In this document: positions 49,298 through 58,937 of the stretch, in pieces
Layout of the letters: every line of letters begins with the position of its first letter
How positions within the stretch are numbered: position 1 is the stretch's first letter
DNA from: a virus
Taxonomy: Duplodnaviria > Caudoviricetes
Reading direction: 5' to 3' (one strand)
Length of the DNA: 59,205 nucleotides
IMG/VR virus record: IMGVR_UViG_3300036939_000018
Span: 1-59,205 of that record
Translations under genes and position numbers: made by a program
Notes under the pieces: model-generated
Database searches by the model: none
Told to the model about the DNA's origin: nothing
What the model saw: only the letters and a program-made list of their open reading frames with translations

Positions 49298-49646
49298 ACC
49301 AAACCGACTCAACACAAGCATAAACCCGTCGATGGAGTGGCTCTCGGGCTGCTCCCTTTTCATTTGCATAGATAACCCACAGTTCCTCTCCTTCCTGATA
49401 AGCCATTCCCAGGTTCGCCTCTTTGCCTATTCGCAGACATAACAAGTCGCCATGCTGTATCTGTCCTATTCGTGGCTGACAATACCTCTCTAGCAGCTCT
49501 GCGACCAAATTAGGCGGGTGGGATTCTACTGTAGGGTATTGCTCATAAACCCAGTCAAGATTTGGGAGGGGCGGGAGTTGAAGGCGAGCGCGTTCCTGGA
49601 TTACGATGCTGAGGCAGTCGTTATGTTTGCGTTGAAACTTGCTCAT
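49272..49646 (-). CDS. NlpC/P60-like tail assembly protein (gpK-like)
   Basis: DCLSIV, GDLLCL and LGM motifs; same strand and order as the L-like and J-like genes. Confidence 0.6.
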   Translation of the reverse strand: MSKFQRKHNDCLSIVIQERARLQLPPLPNLDWVYEQYPTVESHPPNLVAELLERYCQPRIGQIQHGDLLCLRIGKEANLGMAYQEGEELWVIYANEKGAAREPLHRRVYACVESVWFISSPNVS

Positions 49647-49677
49647 GATAAAGTAAAGGAAATGTCATTGTTTTTGT

Positions 49678-49953
49678 ATGAAATTAGATTTAACCGACTT
49701 TGATCTTGGGTGCGAAGATTCAAGCATAGAAGCTTCAAAAAACTTTCGTAGATGGAGTGGGGTTTCTTACGTTAGTCATGATTCTGAAAAACTTACTGTG
49801 CGAGTCCATTATGTTGAAATGATTATGGGTCACAGAGACCATGACAGCTATGTTACGGATTTAGACAGAAAAAGATTGCCTTATAAGTTGCAGCAGATTC
49901 TTTTAGACATGGACAATCAGAACTTATGCAATCCTTCAGTGCCTTCTGATTGA
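49678..49953 (+). CDS. Hypothetical protein
   Basis: ORF with AAGGA upstream. Confidence 0.5.
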   Translation: MKLDLTDFDLGCEDSSIEASKNFRRWSGVSYVSHDSEKLTVRVHYVEMIMGHRDHDSYVTDLDRKRLPYKLQQILLDMDNQNLCNPSVPSD

Positions 49954-50242
49954 CGCCTCTTAGTCCGATTGTTGAGAACTCCTAACGCCTGAGTTAGTAG
50001 TTCGATCGCCTCTTGATTCTTGGACACTTTGCTACTGTGTTCTGATAAGCCGCTAGGCGATCTCTCACGACGTCTATGATAGTTTCTACAAACGCACCAT
50101 TAACATCGTTCTCAGGCTCTCTGATTGCGCCATTCTGCCAGCTTATACAAAAGCCTGTACCGTAACTTGTCCCACCGCTGATGATTTCCTTACCATCTTC
50201 TGTTCTGGTGGTAAAATGAGAAGATTCATATTTGCCTAGCAT
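49917..50242 (-). pseudogene. Tad1-like anti-defence (cyclic nucleotide sponge) protein with a frameshift near 50022
   Basis: ISWQNGAIRE...NGAFVETIIDVVRDRLAAYQ...C, then a one-base shift gives NQEAIELLTQALGVLNNRTKRRQSEGTEG, resembling the Tad1 family pattern as recalled. Confidence 0.65.
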
Positions 50243-50338
50243 ATTATTTACGTTTTGATAGAATTCTGTGAGATAATAAAAAGTGGGGTTACGGATTGCG
50301 ACATCCACCCCTTTAACCCTTAGACTACAAGGATCAAC

Positions 50339-51103
50339 ATGAATATTGTATCAGTAATCCGTGTCTCTATCAAGCTCGGTGAAATTCCATTAAATGCTTA
50401 CCGAGTAACAAGAGACGATGAAAGCTTTGTTGACTTGCTGGCAGGAAAAACCGTAAGCAGTGCCATCGGTGAGCATGATTCAACCCTGCCGCGTTCAATG
50501 GGGGTAAAATCTCTCAAAGACTTACCACACAAGGACAAGAGCTTGCCGCATCGAATAAAGGCAGAAAGCGGAGAAAGCTTTACTCCGATATCTGTAAAAG
50601 ATGCTGTAATTTATTGGGGCAAAATGGCTGAAAAGAAAAATCAGCTAGCTATCTCAATATTGGTTGCTTCAGCCATTGAAAGCATCGAAAGACGGATTGA
50701 CGCTGTTATTCAGGCAGACAAGAAACCAGAAGTTGCTCAATCTATCAAAGAAGAGATAGATGATCTAAATTTTGCGTTTGACGGAAATATGAAGGAATGG
50801 ATCGAGAAACGGGCTTACTCGATGTCGATGCACCCCTGGTTTCAACAGCACTGTATAGCAAACCATTATCCAGCATGGGATGTGCATAACGCTATGACAG
50901 TCGCCATATTCAATCAGACAGCAGAACAAGCGCGTCAAAAGCCTCTGGTTGTAGAGGGGCTAGACGCAAGAATAGGACTTAATCACCAAGAAGATCCAGA
51001 AGGTCAAGAACTTTTAGCAAGAGTTAAGCGTAAATTCTGCTTACTGAAGGCTGGTACTTGGCAAGAGAAAGTCAGTAAAGCCGTGAAACTATGTTCTAAT
51101 TAA
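50339..51103 (+). CDS. Phage DNA-binding/antirepressor-like protein
   Basis: KLGEIPLNAYR...DAVIYW...LVASAIESIERRID N-terminal domain typical of such proteins. Confidence 0.55.
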   Translation: MNIVSVIRVSIKLGEIPLNAYRVTRDDESFVDLLAGKTVSSAIGEHDSTLPRSMGVKSLKDLPHKDKSLPHRIKAESGESFTPISVKDAVIYWGKMAEKKNQLAISILVASAIESIERRIDAVIQADKKPEVAQSIKEEIDDLNFAFDGNMKEWIEKRAYSMSMHPWFQQHCIANHYPAWDVHNAMTVAIFNQTAEQARQKPLVVEGLDARIGLNHQEDPEGQELLARVKRKFCLLKAGTWQEKVSKAVKLCSN

Positions 51104-51217
51104 GGAATACTAGGAAACTGCGATTAGCCCGGTAATAACTACTGGGCTTTTTGTTTGACATTCCATTGACGCTTTGATAACATAGTAAAAAGCGAGCAAT
51201 TAAGAGACAAGAATCCT

Positions 51218-51610
51218 ATGCCCTTTAATTATCCTGATGCTTTAAAGTCGATAGGTGCTTCCATGCTGGTGGAAGGAGCGGAACAATACACGCCTGAGAT
51301 GATTTTTCTAAGAGGTGCTGTAAATTGTTTGAACTGTATGGGCGGGCCAAATTACAATCCAGGGACAACATCAATTCTCAATCGGGTGTTTGATGAAGAA
51401 AGTCCTAAAGAAGCTGTAAGGTTTTTGTGCATTGTCAAAAAGATTTCTTGGACTCATCGAGATCAAAATATTGATTACAGGTTTTTTTGGAACTTGTTTA
51501 AAGAACGCCAAGAAGACTTATCCGAGTTTAAGAAAGCGCTTAGAGGCTATGTCCGTGATGACAGAGATTTTTCTAATGTGATACCTGAACGTCTCCAAAA
51601 CCTTTGCTGA
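51218..51610 (+). CDS. Hypothetical early protein
   Basis: Promoter with operator at 51166-51181 and downstream terminator. Confidence 0.65.
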   Translation: MPFNYPDALKSIGASMLVEGAEQYTPEMIFLRGAVNCLNCMGGPNYNPGTTSILNRVFDEESPKEAVRFLCIVKKISWTHRDQNIDYRFFWNLFKERQEDLSEFKKALRGYVRDDRDFSNVIPERLQNLC

Positions 51611-51729
51611 CCTCTAAGCCCCCTTAACTACACAATATATTAGCCGCCCAGTTAAGGCGGCTTTTTATTTTGACATTTGGGTGACGTTTTGATAAGATAT
51701 TACAGCAAGCAAGTTAAAGGCACATTTTC

Positions 51730-52008
51730 ATGACTGAATCCGAGAAGCTTTTCGATTACTATTACAGTGCTAAGCAGGCGGCTAGCTTTGGTCGGATGTG
51801 TAATAAGGTTAGGGGGCTAGATTACACAGAGGCAGTTGAAACAGGAGGTGTTCCTACAAGCAACTTTGACGACTTGATATGTATAGCAAGAGGCGTCAGT
51901 ATTCAAGAATGTAGTTTCATTAAAAAACCGCTGCCGACTATGACAGGCTATCAATCTCCAACATACTTGAATCGGTCATTTAATTTTAATAACTTGAGAG
52001 ATTATTAA
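51730..52008 (+). CDS. Hypothetical early protein
   Basis: Promoter with operator near 51681. Confidence 0.65.
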   Translation: MTESEKLFDYYYSAKQAASFGRMCNKVRGLDYTEAVETGGVPTSNFDDLICIARGVSIQECSFIKKPLPTMTGYQSPTYLNRSFNFNNLRDY

Positions 52009-52103
52009 ATGACGCCGTTGTTCTCTTGTTGAAGCTAATTGACTAACAACCCTCTCAATTCAATTAATCATAAATAAGACCCATTCTAGCTCTAGAGTGG
52101 GTT

Positions 52104-52610
52104 TTATTGTACTTGCACTTGAGTGCTTCTTGGCACTTCTGGCACCAAGCCAGGGATATCAATCCGACCGTTGCCAGTACCCGTCCTAAAATAAACGCTG
52201 GGAAACACAGCCTCAACGGCGCTAAAGGGCGATTGAAGGTCTATTGATATCTCTGCACCCTCAAACCTGCTAGACTTCACCACAAGCATATCCCTGATGG
52301 GGGAAGCATTAGGATTGTCGGGAAATACTTGGATCACCACAACGATTGCCTTTCTGAACCCGTCATTATTCCATACGTACTCGTTGATGGGTGGGATATT
52401 AGGAAGAATGACCGATGCACTAGTATTCTCTAGTTCTAGGGTACGTTGAGAGCCTGAGTAAAATACAGGGGCGTAGCTGTAAGTCTTGCCGTTGAAGATA
52501 TAATCGAGGCCAGCTTGGAAGTTCTGATAAAAAAGATCAATCCCTGACAGAAGATGTACTTCTATCAGGGTTGCTTTGCTGACGCTAGTTTTAAGGTGTT
52601 CGAGTACCAT
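52104..52610 (-). CDS. Minor tail protein (gpL/DUF1833-like)
   Basis: FNGKTYSYAP and IDLQSPFSAV.AVFP motifs. Confidence 0.65.
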   Translation of the reverse strand: MVLEHLKTSVSKATLIEVHLLSGIDLFYQNFQAGLDYIFNGKTYSYAPVFYSGSQRTLELENTSASVILPNIPPINEYVWNNDGFRKAIVVVIQVFPDNPNASPIRDMLVVKSSRFEGAEISIDLQSPFSAVEAVFPSVYFRTGTGNGRIDIPGLVPEVPRSTQVQVQ

Positions 52611-52905
52611 TGCAGAAGCTTTAGGGGCACTCTCTATTTTAGGTGCTGGCTACCTCCTTGTGAGCAAGAGCAACATCTAGTGCGTGAGTCAGTCTATAAA
52701 GACGTTGCCATTCTTTAATGTCGTCCTTGGTTGCTGCCTTTTTGCGAGCATCTTGAAATATTGCTGATGCGATCTGATTAGCCTTAAGTATTTTGCTTTT
52801 GCTCATTGTTTGATTTTCCTTAACTTCTAGTATGTTATCAAAACGTCAAAGAATTGTCAAGTAATTGGATAAGGTACGCTTACTGTATAGTCTTCAGTCG
52901 TTCCA

Positions 52906-55900
52906 ATGGCTCTCCCTTTTGATTCTGCTACTATCCAAGCTCAACTTGCACAGGCTCGCATTTTCCTGGACACTTACACCCGATCGTCCTTCCCCTTTCT
53001 TATTAATGCCCAGAATGTCATAAGGAATAACTTTCATTCTTTGCTCGCAGGTGGTAGAGGTGGGTATTTTTGGGATAGTGCTGGCCCAACAGAAGGTCAG
53101 GCTCTTATAGCTAAGGCTTGCTTCTTAGCTTTCAAAGCTAGTGGCGATCAAGCGTGGCGCGAAAAAGGTTTAGCCACAAGTCAAGCATTAGTAGACTACT
53201 TTTACTTAGACCCGATACCCACCGCACCCTCTAGCCCTGCTGATACTCCCTGGTTATCTCATTGGCTCATCAACAGTGGGCCTGATCCAGTACCTTCTAA
53301 GGGATTGCCACAGGATAACCCTTTTGAGATGGGGCATTTTTTCGAGGAAGTCACTTTCACCAATGGAGTTGCAACACTCACTCCAATGCTTGCAGACCTC
53401 TATAAGGTTGCAACGCTTGGGAGTGAACCAGCGTTCAGGTCAGTATTTGCACCGCTGAAAAGTGGCTCGCTTTATGCTTTTGATTACTGGGTTTCTAACC
53501 TTTCTTTAGCTGGTAATACTTATCGTGTTTACGTTGATACAGCTCAAGCCGGGGGGCGTGCTCCAACCTTAACCAATGAACCCGCTGGCACTATAAAACT
53601 CGCAACCACTTATACGGGTCAAGCTTTGGTGACTTATTCAACTTATCGTCCTGATATTCCCATTGGGGTGAATAAGTTAGGTGAACCTTATCCAATGTGG
53701 TATCCAATTGAACGCCCAAATCTACCTACATACATGGGCACGGCGTGGGATGCTATTTGGTGGTCTTATGATGCCTTCAAAGAGGCGTACAACCTCACCA
53801 ATGATGACAAATGGCGCAGAGCTGCTGATGCGACAAAGTTTACGGCTATCCAATGTGCGTCTGTTGACAATCCAAGTTTCTACTATCCAAAGTCGGCTGA
53901 TGTTAATCCGTTCTCATATCCCGGCACCCAACTTGTAACTGCAAACAACCGCTCTCTTGCTACAGCCGAAAGAATCACAAGCGGACTTAAAGAACAATGG
54001 CTACAAGTAACAGCACCAGAAGCAGATGACCCAGACGTCGATCCTGATTTTCTTTATCCTAGCTATGAGGTTCAGAACTTCATCGTTGTTACAGCTTTTG
54101 ATGTTGTGACAACAACCATTCTAGTAGAATGTGCTCATTCTGATGGAGGATTACAAAGTGGCTTTGTATATGATGGCGTTCTTGAAATAGTATTATCAAC
54201 TGCTGCCAATTCTTTGGACTTAAGTCAACAATATAAATGTCCGTTGGTATGTCCAGCAGCAAGTGAAATTCTTACCAAGACTCTTATTCGTACTGACTTT
54301 ATACGATGGTCTACTATTCGCAATGTTTGGTGGTCTACTTGTGCTGACGACCCCATTTATACTTATTCTGGTGGAGGGGATACGATTGTCAAGTCTGTGC
54401 AACAAGAGATTATCAATGGCAACACTGCATTAATTTGGCAGATAATAATAAATCATGATAGCTCGGGTGGGTTTGCTGGTTTTGGATTTCCTTTGATTCA
54501 CGCTCAAACGGCTGAACCTCCTGGATTCTTTTATGCTCAGACGGGCAATACTGCCATAAAACTTAATGATGCAAATAACAAAGAATTCTTCTGTAATTTA
54601 CCTGATACAGGTGGAAATTGGGTTTACTTTAAACCATCCTGGAATCAGTTTTCTAATGTAGACGACCATGAGCCGCAAGGGGCACTTACAAATATTCAAA
54701 TAGCAGCAAGAGACAATAACAGTACTACTAAAATCTGGTACGTGGGCGATCCGGGGGAGCCTTTGCCCCCTGGATTAGTGTATAAAGCAAGTCTTGTAAG
54801 TCGTTCTAAGACGTCTCACACTTTCTTTGTGGGAGACTTTAAGCCAATAAATAATCAGCTTGATGCTCTGCTCTACAATCCTGGAGTTGTAAGCTTTACG
54901 GTTAATACTATAGAAACTGCTCCTGGGAGTGGCATTAGAAAAAAAGACTCTTGGGGTGGGCCACCTTATACAGGGTATCAAGACCCTTATCACTGGGCTT
55001 TGTGGGGTTATCCTTCGAGAGCTAGTCAAGTAGTTGCTTTTATCCGTGACGCCCAAACGGCTTATACTCGGCAGTCAGCAGCAAAACTAAGAGGCTTAGT
55101 AGCCCCTGTTTTTTTATGGGCTTATTGGGATAGTGCTGACTTCCGTATCTATGCTGATGGTCAGATTAATGTGTTTGTGTTTGCTGGCCCCGATCCTAAT
55201 GTGCGATGGGCACCTTACACTTATCGTGCAATGGAAGCCCTTGCAAAATACTTATTAGTTAATCCGGGTGATCAGGCAGCTCGTGGTGTGCTGACTTCGT
55301 TCTTTAGGTTTATTCTCAACTATTACAAAGCAAGTGGCTCTAATCGAGCAATCACTGATATCCCCCCTGTCGTTAACCCCCAAGTCAACTATCGAGAACC
55401 TCATGCCTCAGCCTTGATTTGTAGAGCTGCTCTCTATGCAAATGTTGCAGGATTAGAGCCTGATACAACCTATGAGCTGATAGAACGCACTCTTAGCGAT
55501 ATGGATGAGCAATACATTTCCAGTGGTGTAATGGCAGGTTCGTGGTTTGCAGGTCAACCTACGTTTAATCATGACGGAGTGACGTATCGGGAAGGATTTC
55601 TTTTTTGGGCGGCTGAAATCCTTATTACTTTGTCAGAACTCCTCATTTACCAGAACCAGATTAATGACCCTGCTGCAAGCGGTTACAGTGGTATTGCACA
55701 GGCTGGAACATACCCAGACTTGCCGCCTAATTTTGTAACCACTTTCGAGATGCCAAGCTATAAACAAAACATCAATAGATTTGACGAGGGTGGTGAGCAA
55801 AGATTAAAAACAACTCACACAGGAGTAGGAACAAAAATAGGCTTTCGCTATGAAAAGATTAATGCCGAACAAGTGAGATTGCTTAGTGAGTTTTGGAAAG

Positions 55901-56100
55901 CTAATCGTGGGAAAGAAATCCCCTTTACACTTCCTGCAAACATCATTGTTCACCCTGCTGTTATACTGGCAGCATTATCTAGTTTAGGTTCTACGACCTA
56001 CTGGAGATTTTCTGAAGCTCCCAAAATAGAGACAGAGTTTGCCACTACACAAAGAGGACTCTATAACGTTGATGTCACAATCCAATCAGTAATTAATTAG
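52906..56100 (+). CDS. Large tail protein: putative glycoside-hydrolase-like domain fused to a C-terminal gpM/Dit-like domain
   Basis: PTEGQAL (GH8-like TSEGQ) motif and aromatic-rich body; last ~130 aa homologous to 2341-2745. Confidence 0.7.
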   Translation: MALPFDSATIQAQLAQARIFLDTYTRSSFPFLINAQNVIRNNFHSLLAGGRGGYFWDSAGPTEGQALIAKACFLAFKASGDQAWREKGLATSQALVDYFYLDPIPTAPSSPADTPWLSHWLINSGPDPVPSKGLPQDNPFEMGHFFEEVTFTNGVATLTPMLADLYKVATLGSEPAFRSVFAPLKSGSLYAFDYWVSNLSLAGNTYRVYVDTAQAGGRAPTLTNEPAGTIKLATTYTGQALVTYSTYRPDIPIGVNKLGEPYPMWYPIERPNLPTYMGTAWDAIWWSYDAFKEAYNLTNDDKWRRAADATKFTAIQCASVDNPSFYYPKSADVNPFSYPGTQLVTANNRSLATAERITSGLKEQWLQVTAPEADDPDVDPDFLYPSYEVQNFIVVTAFDVVTTTILVECAHSDGGLQSGFVYDGVLEIVLSTAANSLDLSQQYKCPLVCPAASEILTKTLIRTDFIRWSTIRNVWWSTCADDPIYTYSGGGDTIVKSVQQEIINGNTALIWQIIINHDSSGGFAGFGFPLIHAQTAEPPGFFYAQTGNTAIKLNDANNKEFFCNLPDTGGNWVYFKPSWNQFSNVDDHEPQGALTNIQIAARDNNSTTKIWYVGDPGEPLPPGLVYKASLVSRSKTSHTFFVGDFKPINNQLDALLYNPGVVSFTVNTIETAPGSGIRKKDSWGGPPYTGYQDPYHWALWGYPSRASQVVAFIRDAQTAYTRQSAAKLRGLVAPVFLWAYWDSADFRIYADGQINVFVFAGPDPNVRWAPYTYRAMEALAKYLLVNPGDQAARGVLTSFFRFILNYYKASGSNRAITDIPPVVNPQVNYREPHASALICRAALYANVAGLEPDTTYELIERTLSDMDEQYISSGVMAGSWFAGQPTFNHDGVTYREGFLFWAAEILITLSELLIYQNQINDPAASGYSGIAQAGTYPDLPPNFVTTFEMPSYKQNINRFDEGGEQRLKTTHTGVGTKIGFRYEKINAEQVRLLSEFWKANRGKEIPFTLPANIIVHPAVILAALSSLGSTTYWRFSEAPKIETEFATTQRGLYNVDVTIQSVIN

Positions 56101-56251
56101 TTGAGTAGATTTTATAAAATAAATGCTCACTATTCCCTAAATAGTGAGCATTGCTTGTAGCGAGTTTTAAGGTTGTCTTTTCTGTGTTTGAAAGATAAAG
56201 TTACATGAGCTTAGCCAACTTTTTATATGATATTTTATTTAAACTTAAACG

Positions 56252-56521
56252 TCAATATCTCAAAGCCATTATTTCTAAAACCTGCTTTTCCGACAGTTTG
56301 AAATATTCCCTTCTATCGCATCGTGTTTCTGAATACTTCTCGTGCAACTCATTCTCAAGCGCGGGGGCGTCATGAGTAAAAATACTACAGATGTGATAAA
56401 TCCGTTTAATGTTTGCGCCCTGTAATTGCTTGCGACGTTGCCAGGGTTTCTTGCTGCGACCTATTTTGTAGCCGTCTGGATAAAGCAGTAAATACACGTA
56501 TCCTGATTTTGATTTTTGCAT
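56252..56521 (-). CDS. GIY-YIG/T5orf172-like protein
   Basis: GYVY....YKIGRS..P..R..QLQ, LENELH and EYF.L motifs. Confidence 0.8.
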   Translation of the reverse strand: MQKSKSGYVYLLLYPDGYKIGRSKKPWQRRKQLQGANIKRIYHICSIFTHDAPALENELHEKYSETRCDRREYFKLSEKQVLEIMALRY

Positions 56522-56579
56522 CTTGCCATTTATACCGTAATGTGATAGTGTTCTTTTGTTTTATTATTTCTTTAGAATT

Positions 56580-57383
56580 ATGCAATTGTCACAAATTTGT
56601 ATTGCTACAGTCGGATTTTTGAGCGTGATGTCCCCTGTAATGGCTCAAATTACTGTCCCTATTCCCACTGTCGATACTCCTATTATCGATACTCCTAGCA
56701 TTGACACTCCTCTTACTCAACCTATCGACATTACCCCCATCACTATCGATCCTGTTGTTACAAACATTGTTGCTCCTATTATTCCTGATGATGTAACGGT
56801 TCCTACAATTCCAGTTACTCTGCCAACTGTAGGGGATGTAATTGATTTGACAGACACAATAGCGACACCAATAGTTGATGCTGTTGGAAACACAGTAGAA
56901 GACGTCCTTACAGGTGCACCCGTGACGCTTCCGGACGGCTCAAACATTATTCCGCTCATTGACCCTGTAACTCAGGCTGTAGTGGGCAGTATAGACCCTG
57001 CAACCGGGGCGATCGCCCGTCCAGATGGTCAAGTAGTTGGTAATGTGACCAATCAAGGCGGAACTGGTGGTAGTGGGTCAGGCAATGGCACGGGTGGCAC
57101 TGGCGGGAATAGTGCAGGGGGTTCGGGTGGTGCAAGTGGGAGCAATACCAATAAAGTAGAGGTCAACAACCGAAACACCTTCATTGCTATTCCCCAACCT
57201 GCACTTGGAAGCAAGGGAAAGACTACAACAGAGGTGATTGAAGAGACAACGCCGGAAGGGACAAGACGCAATCGGACTATAACAACTGGATACAGTGAGA
57301 GTGTGCCTACCTTGAGCATTAGCGGAGGTTATGCAGGGGGAGAAGGGTTAGGATTGATTCAACTTGCGATACCTTTACGTTAG
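56580..57383 (+). CDS. Secreted Pro/Thr/Val/Asp-rich, Gly-rich protein
   Basis: Signal-peptide-like N-terminus; IDTP repeats; Gly/Ser linker. Confidence 0.6.
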   Translation: MQLSQICIATVGFLSVMSPVMAQITVPIPTVDTPIIDTPSIDTPLTQPIDITPITIDPVVTNIVAPIIPDDVTVPTIPVTLPTVGDVIDLTDTIATPIVDAVGNTVEDVLTGAPVTLPDGSNIIPLIDPVTQAVVGSIDPATGAIARPDGQVVGNVTNQGGTGGSGSGNGTGGTGGNSAGGSGGASGSNTNKVEVNNRNTFIAIPQPALGSKGKTTTEVIEETTPEGTRRNRTITTGYSESVPTLSISGGYAGGEGLGLIQLAIPLR

Positions 57384-57463
57384 TGGTATTAAACCTCAAA
57401 CTCCTTCATTTAGAAAGCCCGGTCATTTGACCGGGCTTTTATTTGTTTCGGATTAACTTCTTG

Positions 57464-57730
57464 TTAGTCCCATTCCACAGCTGACCTTACTCCATATTGT
57501 TTATACTCCATATTGTTTATGTTGGTTGGGCGGTATTCTCCATAGACTCGCAAATTATGCCAATCAATATGTTCATTGGCTACCCATAAAGCAATATGAG
57601 AAGGATACTCAGCTGATTCTAGTTTTAGACAATCAGCTTCCAAGATTGACCACTGTTTGATGACTGTTATGAATTCAGTGGGTCTTCCTTCCCAAACTTG
57701 TGTGTATCCGATGTGGTTGCTCATAGTCAT
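57464..57730 (-). CDS. Hypothetical protein
   Basis: ORF in a minus-strand early operon. Confidence 0.55.
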   Translation of the reverse strand: MTMSNHIGYTQVWEGRPTEFITVIKQWSILEADCLKLESAEYPSHIALWVANEHIDWHNLRVYGEYRPTNINNMEYKQYGVRSAVEWD

Positions 57731-57765
57731 TTTTTGCTGTTAGTTGAGTTTGTGAGAAGTTGAAG

Positions 57766-57966
57766 TTAAGTGAATGATTTAAGCTCACTTTTGTAAACGC
57801 GGATAGATGTATCGTGATTCTTTGTTATAGGAATTGCTGCAAAAATCTTATACATTCCATCTTCAAGATCTTCAATTTCGATTTCCGTACCCTTAGGAAT
57901 CAGCACTGTTAATTGATTGTCTATTTTGTTCTGTCTTTGAAACTTTGCCGTTGTTTTTGTTTTCAT
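57766..57966 (-). CDS. Hypothetical protein
   Basis: ORF with GAGA-like RBS. Confidence 0.55.
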   Translation of the reverse strand: MKTKTTAKFQRQNKIDNQLTVLIPKGTEIEIEDLEDGMYKIFAAIPITKNHDTSIRVYKSELKSFT

Positions 57967-58266
57967 TTTCTTCTCATTATTGATTGGTTAGCTAGCAGAT
58001 GCACTCTGAAAATTTTAATAATTTGCAGAATCAAAATCACAATCTGGATCGTACGAATATCTTTTTATATAAAAAGAGTCTACATCGAGATCGTGTTCTG
58101 AGGCCCATTCTCCAGCATCTTGGTGATAGTAAAATCCGTCTTGAATCAAATTGTTGTTTTTGTCATAAATAGCGTACATTTCTTTCTCCTTGTTTAATGT
58201 TTAATGTTGAATGTTCAATCTAAAATCCCATTATCTGGATACTTGCCCACGCCTCAAAGTTAAGGT

Positions 58267-58749
58267 TTAATGGATTTTCTGCCTCCTTCCAAGCTTTTTT
58301 TGTTGGCTTCTTGGTTTTTGGTTCGCTAGGATTTCCCCAAGATTTCCCCAAGCTAATCCGAATCGCAATGAGCAGGTTTTCCCCCTTCCCAACTCAACGC
58401 TGTACCCTTTGCGATCATCTGTCAGAAGGCGACCGCAGAAACAACAGTTGCCTGTGCTGTGACCATGCTCACTAGTGACTTTCTCTGGATTAGCCGCTAA
58501 GTCTTCAAGGAAGCCTAAGACCCAATCAGGACACCCCGCCGCCTTCCAAAAACGCCCTGTCCGGTCAATATTTCCAAGCCACACTTTCTCGCTTGTGTTG
58601 ACGCTTATAGACCCTGGATATTTGCTCTTTGCCCCTGTTCTGTGTAGCGTTAAGACTTTACCGTTCTGATGCAGATTGCGAATTGATGGATATTTGATGG
58701 CTTTAGCAGCCTCATCGAACATTTCAATAAGCTTTACTAGTTGACTCAT
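58267..58749 (-). CDS. DUF6011-like Zn-finger protein
   Basis: CCFCGRLLTD...SVELG.GKTC motif; promoter with operator at 58792-58807. Confidence 0.7.
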   Translation of the reverse strand: MSQLVKLIEMFDEAAKAIKYPSIRNLHQNGKVLTLHRTGAKSKYPGSISVNTSEKVWLGNIDRTGRFWKAAGCPDWVLGFLEDLAANPEKVTSEHGHSTGNCCFCGRLLTDDRKGYSVELGRGKTCSLRFGLAWGNLGEILANQKPRSQQKKLGRRQKIH

Positions 58750-58812
58750 GGGTTTATCCTTTTACTCGCTTATTCACCAGTCTAATAGCTTGTTATAAAA
58801 TCGTCAACAATA

Positions 58813-58937
58813 GCGTTAGACGTGGTGGTTGGTTATGAGTATAGAGGAAGGTTTAACGCCTATGTTGCGAGGCTGAAACCTATACAGAGGTAGGTCTCAG
58901 CCTACTTATCATCAAAATGATCTGAGAGGCGATCCTC
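58813..58937 (-). repeat. Dispersed element copy 20 (long class)
   Basis: Core 58813-58859; GATCCTC ends 58937. Confidence 0.9.
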
